DNA from: Lachnospiraceae bacterium
Lineage (GTDB): Bacteria; Bacillota; Clostridia; Lachnospirales; Lachnospiraceae
Direction of reading: 5' to 3'
NCBI GenBank assembly: GCA_030537145.1
Contig: JAUNON010000008.1
Location: 1,532 to 65,531 of the forward strand
DNA length: 64,000 bases
A model generated the notes under the pieces. The model did no database searches, had not been told where the DNA came from, and saw only the letters and a program-made list of their open reading frames with translations. Positions within the stretch are counted from its first letter, which is position 1. Each line of letters begins with the position of its first letter. A program made the translations under genes and the position numbers. Positions 59,094-64,000 of this stretch are shown piece by piece.

Positions 59094-61592
59094 GTGGATG
59101 ACAATATTTTTGATCAGGTACAGGAAGTCGATCTGAAAAAAACCATGGAAGAATCTTACATTGATTATGCCATGAGCGTTATTGCTTCCAGGGCATTGCC
59201 GGATGTAAGAGACGGTCTGAAGCCGGTTCAGCGAAGAGTGCTGTATTCCATGATTGAATTGAACAATGGTCCCGACAAGCCTCACAGAAAATGTGCCCGT
59301 ATTGTCGGTGATACGATGGGTAAATATCACCCCCACGGAGACAGTTCCATCTATGGAGCACTGGTAAATATGGCACAGGAGTGGTCTACCAGATATCCTC
59401 TGGTGGACGGCCACGGAAATTTCGGTTCGGTAGACGGGGACGGCGCAGCCGCCATGCGTTATACGGAGGCCAGGCTTAGCAAAATTTCCATGGAAATGCT
59501 GGCAGACATCAATAAAGATACGGTAGATTTTGTGCCGAACTTTGATGAAACAGAAAAGGAGCCTACGGTACTTCCGTCCAGATATCCAAATCTTCTGGTA
59601 AATGGAACAACGGGTATTGCCGTAGGTATGGCTACCAATATTCCGCCTCACAATCTGAAGGAAGTCATCCGGGCGGTGGTAAAGATTATCGATAACCGGG
59701 TAGAGGAACAGAGAGAGACCTCTATAGAAGAGGTGATGCAGATCATCAAGGGCCCCGATTTTCCTACCGGAGCTATGATTCTCGGCACAAAAGGAATCGA
59801 GGAAGCGTATCGTACCGGACGGGGGAAGATCAGAGTCCGGGCAGTCACAGACATTGAGACCTTATCCAACGGCAGGAGCCGCATCGTGGTGACGGAGCTT
59901 CCTTACCTGGTAAATAAAGCACGCCTGATTGAAAAAATGGCGGAGCTGGTAAGAAATAAAAAGATAGACGGCATTACTGCGATTACGGATGAATCCAGCC
60001 GGGAAGGCATGCGAATCAGCATTGACCTGCGCCGGGATGCAAATGCGAATGTAATCTTAAACCAGTTATTTAAGCATACGCAGCTTCAGGATACCTTTGG
60101 AGTGAATATGCTGGCGCTGGTGGATAATAAGCCGAAGATTTTAAATCTTCTGGAAATGCTGCATTATTACCTGAAACATCAGGAGGATGTAGTAACCAGA
60201 AGGATACGGTATGATTTGAATAAAGCAGAAGAGCGGGCACATATCTTAAAAGGCCTGCTGATTGCACTGGACAATATCGATGAAGTAATCCATATTATCC
60301 GCAGCTCCAGAAATACGCAGGCCGCAAAGGAAGGATTGATGGAGCGGTTTGCCCTGACGGATGTCCAGGCCCAGGCCATCGTAGATATGCGTCTGAGAAC
60401 CCTGACCGGATTGGAAAGGGAGAAGCTGGAGGCAGAATTTGCCCAGCTTATGAAAACGATTGAAGAGCTGAAGGCGATTCTGGCAGATGAAAATCTTCTG
60501 CTTGGTGTGATCAAGACAGAGATTCTTGCGATCAGTGACAAATATGGGGATGAGAGAAAGACTACGATCGGTTTTGATGTATATGATTTCTCCACAGAGG
60601 ATCTGATTCCGCAGGAGAATGTGGTGATTACCATGACCAGAATGGGATACATTAAGCGGATGACAGAAGATAATTTTAAGAGTCAGAACCGGGGCGGTAA
60701 AGGAATTAAAGGGATGCAGACGCTGGAGGATGATTATATTGAGGAGCTTCTCATGACTACCACCCATCATTATCTGATGTTCTTTACCAATAAAGGAAGA
60801 GTTTACCGGCTGAAGGTGTATGAGATTCCGGAGGCGGGCCGGACAGCAAGAGGAGTAGCTATTGTAAATCTGCTTCAGCTTATGCCGGAGGAAAAGATTA
60901 CGGCGGTGATTCCTATCCGGAGCTTTGAAGAGGGACGCTATTTGTTCATGGCTACCAGAAACGGCATTGTGAAAAAAACTCCGGTGATGGAGTATGCCAA
61001 TGTCCGGAAGGTAGGGCTGGCAGCCATCAGCCTGCGGGAGGATGATGAGTTGATCGAAGTAAAATTTACCGATAACAAAAAGGATATTCTTCTAATCACC
61101 AAATACGGTCAGTGTATCCGGTTCCATGAGACGGATGTCCGCAAAACAGGCCGGGTATCTATGGGCGTGATCGGTATTAATTTGACTGCCGGAGATGAAG
61201 TGGTAGCTATGCAGATGGATACCCAGGGAGACTACCTTCTGGTGGTATCCGAAAAAGGAATGGGAAAAATGACGGCCATCCGGGAATTCACGGCGCAGAA
61301 CCGGGGCGGTAAGGGTGTCAAATGTTACAAGATCATGGAAAAGACCGGAAATGTGGTGGGTGCTAAAGCGCTGAATCTGGAAAATGAAATCATGATGATT
61401 AATACAGAAGGCATAATTATCCGGATGACCTGCAGTGATATTTCCATTCAGGGAAGAGTTACTTCCGGAGTGAAGCTGATGAATCTTACAGAAAAAGAGA
61501 CCGTAGCCAGCATTGCGCGGGTAAGAGAAAGCCATCCGGAAATTCAGAATGAGGCAGAAGAAGCTTCGGAAGAACAAAAAACAGAGAAATAA
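59094..61592 (+). CDS. gyrA: DNA gyrase subunit A (GTG start)
   Basis: [17 protein letters not shown] and the [10 protein letters not shown] active-site Tyr region, followed by C-terminal beta-pinwheel repeats. Confidence 0.97.
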   Translation: MDDNIFDQVQEVDLKKTMEESYIDYAMSVIASRALPDVRDGLKPVQRRVLYSMIELNNGPDKPHRKCARIVGDTMGKYHPHGDSSIYGALVNMAQEWSTRYPLVDGHGNFGSVDGDGAAAMRYTEARLSKISMEMLADINKDTVDFVPNFDETEKEPTVLPSRYPNLLVNGTTGIAVGMATNIPPHNLKEVIRAVVKIIDNRVEEQRETSIEEVMQIIKGPDFPTGAMILGTKGIEEAYRTGRGKIRVRAVTDIETLSNGRSRIVVTELPYLVNKARLIEKMAELVRNKKIDGITAITDESSREGMRISIDLRRDANANVILNQLFKHTQLQDTFGVNMLALVDNKPKILNLLEMLHYYLKHQEDVVTRRIRYDLNKAEERAHILKGLLIALDNIDEVIHIIRSSRNTQAAKEGLMERFALTDVQAQAIVDMRLRTLTGLEREKLEAEFAQLMKTIEELKAILADENLLLGVIKTEILAISDKYGDERKTTIGFDVYDFSTEDLIPQENVVITMTRMGYIKRMTEDNFKSQNRGGKGIKGMQTLEDDYIEELLMTTTHHYLMFFTNKGRVYRLKVYEIPEAGRTARGVAIVNLLQLMPEEKITAVIPIRSFEEGRYLFMATRNGIVKKTPVMEYANVRKVGLAAISLREDDELIEVKFTDNKKDILLITKYGQCIRFHETDVRKTGRVSMGVIGINLTAGDEVVAMQMDTQGDYLLVVSEKGMGKMTAIREFTAQNRGGKGVKCYKIMEKTGNVVGAKALNLENEIMMINTEGIIIRMTCSDISIQGRVTSGVKLMNLTEKETVASIARVRESHPEIQNEAEEASEEQKTEK

Positions 61593-61773
61593 AAGAGGAT
61601 CTTGCAAAATCAAAACTTCTTTTTAAATCTTAAGGATTTTTTTAATTGACCGGGGAAAGCGGCGCCGATATACTATATTTGATAAGGATTTTTTCAGAAT
61701 GGATGATTGTATATGGCCTGGCAGATAAGGAACAGTTAAAAAGCAGAAAAAAGATAGAGAAAGAAGGGATCGG

Positions 61774-63558
61774 ATGAAGCGATGGCAGAAGCTGCTGCTG
61801 ATTTTGGCAGTATTGGTTTTGTTCATTTGTGGGGGAATTGCAGTTTACCGGTATTGGATTTCAGATATCCGAATGCAGGATAGTACAATTCTGAAGGAGA
61901 GAGAGGAATGGCAGGAAGAGCTGACCCAAAATAAGACAGAATCAGATTCTTCCGGTGATTCCGAATCGGACAGGGAAGTGCAGACGGAAACAGAGAGCAG
62001 TACAGAGATTGAGGCAGGTACGGAGACGGAAGCAGAGACACAGGCCTGGACCGATGCGGAAACGGAGACAGAGACGGAAAAGGAGAACGGATATGTGGTG
62101 GGAATTGATCCGGGGCATCAGGGCTCCTGGATCGATATGAGTGAGCAGGAGCCGGATGGACCCGGATCTTCCAGTTATAAGGCAAAGGCTACGACAGGGA
62201 CGATGGGAAGGTATACCGGAGTTCCGGAATATCAGCTTAATCTGGATATTTCCCTTGCGCTTCGGGAAGAATTGGAGGACCGGGGATATCAGGTGGTCAT
62301 GACAAGGGAGGACAATGATACGGCGATCAGTAATGCCCAGCGGGCCTTGCTGGCGGCAGAAGAAGGCAGTGATATCTATGTCCGGATTCATGCCAATGGA
62401 AGTGACGATACCTCCGTAAACGGAGCTCTTGGAATGAGTCCCTCACCGGAAAACCCCTATATTCCGCAGCTTTATGAGGACAGCTATCGTCTGACGGGAT
62501 GTATTTTAAATGCGTATTGTGATCGTACCGGTTTTTCGAATCTTGGGATTCAGTATTATGATAATATGACAGGCATCAACTGGAGTAAGGTTCCGGTTAC
62601 GATTCTGGAGATGGGATTTATGACCAACCAGCAGGAGGATACTGCTATGCAGGATCCGGAGATGCAGAAGAAAATGGTACAGGGAATCGCAGACGGAATC
62701 GATGACTATTTCGGCATAGAATCTTCGGAAAATGGAGAGTCTCAGACCCTGGCAGCAAGCGGAGAAGGCCCTGTTCCGGAAATCTGTGACAGCTATCTGT
62801 CCAAAAGAGAGTTAAACGGAGAAAAATGGGCATTCAGCCTGGAAAGCTTCGATGCTTCGTCAAATAAAAATGGAGTAATTTACGAATACAACGGGCAGGA
62901 AAAAATGCAGTCCGCCAGCGTTATTAAAGTATTTATCATGGCGGCCGTTTATGACCGGATGTGTTATCCTTCTTCACCGGACCGGCTGATTTTGGCGAAT
63001 GAGTCCTATGATGGGGAGCTGCGCTCTCTTCTGGAGCAGATGATTACCGTAAGCGACAATGATGCGGCAAACCAGTTGATTAAAAGGCTGGGACAGGGGG
63101 ATTTTGATGCGGGTGCAGAGGTGGTAAATGAATTCTGCAGGGAAAACGGATATGATTCTACCTCTGTGGGAAGGCCGTTTTTGGCAGAAAATCCTACAGA
63201 TGATAATTACACCAGTGCCAGCGACTGCCGGAAAATCCTGTCGGATATTTATCAGGGAAAATGTGTGGGAGAAGAAGCTTCTAAGAAAATGCTGGATATT
63301 CTGAAGCAGCAGACCAACACATCAAAAATCCCTTCCGGATTGCCGCAGGAAGCGGTAACTGCAAATAAAACGGGAGAAATGCCGGAAGGATACGGGTTAG
63401 GTTGTATTGAGAATGATATGGCTATTATTTTTACAGAAAAAGGGGATTACATCCTGACTGTTCTGTCCAATGAGCTGGGCGGAAGGAATGAAGAAGCAAA
63501 GCAGGTGATCCGGGATATTTCCTCTCTGGTATGGAATTGGCTGGGGCTGTCGCAATGA
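61774..63558 (+). CDS. Membrane-anchored fusion of an N-acetylmuramoyl-L-alanine amidase (Amidase_3-like) and a class-A-beta-lactamase-fold serine hydrolase
   Basis: A TM anchor and an E/T-rich linker come first. Next is GIDPGHQG..VPEYQLNLDISLAL..YVRIHANGS (amidase_3 pattern). The C-terminal half carries S-x-x-K (SVIK), SDN (VSDND) and KTG (NKTGEM). Confidence 0.7.
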   Translation: MKRWQKLLLILAVLVLFICGGIAVYRYWISDIRMQDSTILKEREEWQEELTQNKTESDSSGDSESDREVQTETESSTEIEAGTETEAETQAWTDAETETETEKENGYVVGIDPGHQGSWIDMSEQEPDGPGSSSYKAKATTGTMGRYTGVPEYQLNLDISLALREELEDRGYQVVMTREDNDTAISNAQRALLAAEEGSDIYVRIHANGSDDTSVNGALGMSPSPENPYIPQLYEDSYRLTGCILNAYCDRTGFSNLGIQYYDNMTGINWSKVPVTILEMGFMTNQQEDTAMQDPEMQKKMVQGIADGIDDYFGIESSENGESQTLAASGEGPVPEICDSYLSKRELNGEKWAFSLESFDASSNKNGVIYEYNGQEKMQSASVIKVFIMAAVYDRMCYPSSPDRLILANESYDGELRSLLEQMITVSDNDAANQLIKRLGQGDFDAGAEVVNEFCRENGYDSTSVGRPFLAENPTDDNYTSASDCRKILSDIYQGKCVGEEASKKMLDILKQQTNTSKIPSGLPQEAVTANKTGEMPEGYGLGCIENDMAIIFTEKGDYILTVLSNELGGRNEEAKQVIRDISSLVWNWLGLSQ

Positions 63559-63567
63559 CAGCCTCAG

Positions 63568-63600
63568 TTTTTTATGATATGGAAAGTCCTCACTTCATAA
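63568..63600. repeat. Partial copy of hairpin 'element Y'
   Basis: TTTTTTATGATATGGAAAGTCCTCACTTC aligns with the minus strand of 49049-49092 (TTTTTTATGATATAGGAAACTTCTCACTTTC). Confidence 0.5.
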
Positions 63601-63634
63601 GGGAATTGATTGCTGCGCAATCTGCATCCGGCGC

Positions 63635-63657
63635 AAAAAATGCCTTCGGCATTTTTT
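63635..63657. terminator. Bidirectional intrinsic terminator after the amidase-fusion gene
   Basis: AAAAAATGCC-TTCG-GGCATTTTTT. Confidence 0.75.
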
Positions 63658-64000
63658 ATGAATAAAGAAAAATTTTTGATACTGGAATCAGAATAGGGAA
63701 TAGAAGCAGAAAGAGACAGAAATATCAGGAAAGAGTGTGGAAATGTTGAAAAAAATGTGGAAACTTTCTTTTTATTTTTAATAAATGTGGATATTTATAA
63801 AATAAAACAGGAATTATCTTGAATAATAGGATAAAAACAGAAAAAGATAGTAATAAAAGGTTTTCTGAAATTCGGATGAAACAGCAGTACAAATATGAAA
63901 AGCCGGGATGCTTCAAACTGCAGCGGAAGAGAATTGAAAAAAAGCGGTAAATAGGGTATAATAGGGCAATATGAAAGAATAAGTGATATTTTAAATATCA

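Noticed and set aside
61981-62089. Short tandem-like ACGGAGAC/GGAAACAGAG repeats that could look like a repeat array.
   Set aside because: They are in frame within the amidase-fusion gene and encode an E/T-rich linker (ETETESSTEIEAGTETEAETQ..). This is not a CRISPR array or a non-coding repeat. No CRISPR-like array was seen anywhere in the window.
63725-63916. 63-aa minus-strand ORF at the right end.
   Set aside because: It is an AT-rich, Phe/Leu/Ile/Lys-rich translation spanning the DnaA-box-like motifs. It is most likely non-coding.

Overview
This is an origin-of-replication region of a monoderm, Clostridia-type chromosome. The Lachnospiraceae-like assignment is inferred from gene content only. 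No searches were run, so family names come from motifs read in the translations.

**Origin core (about 40.2-61.6 kb).** The gene order is DUF4446-parB-parA / two perfect parS sites / rsmG-mnmG-mnmE-jag-yidC-yidD-rnpA-rpmH on the minus strand. DnaA-box clusters flank dnaA, and dnaA-dnaN-yaaA-recF-gyrB-gyrA follow on the plus strand. Gene orientation flips at oriC.

**Left of the origin, mostly minus strand:**
- An araB / split-transketolase / sugar-ABC / ROK-regulator catabolic cluster.
- murG, a HIT-family gene and a rhomboid protease gene.
- An 11-gene Flp/Tad-type pilus locus (10.3-20.7 kb). Its core is two A24 peptidases, TadZ-like, CpaF, TadB, TadC and an Flp pilin. Its distal accessory genes are a TadG-like protein, a TadE-like protein carrying two Cys/His modules, another TadE-like protein and a DUF6382-TM-FHA protein.
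- An iron-type alcohol dehydrogenase.
- An Opp/Nik-type ABC operon behind a near-consensus promoter, a clear cobalamin riboswitch and a terminator.
- An ECF sigma / DUF4179 / histidine phosphatase / PAS gene string.
- hxlA-hxlB, divergent from a DeoR regulator across a perfect 36-bp palindrome.
- A visibly AT-rich patch with decayed mobile-element remnants next to tRNA-Arg(CCT).
- serS.

**Most unusual non-coding signal.** Several intergenic regions contain recurring hairpin-forming repeat modules. These include a ~115-nt element present twice in sense orientation in 5' leaders, and a GTAAC-N-GTTCAGCC hairpin family.

No CRISPR array, rRNA gene or intact transposase was seen.
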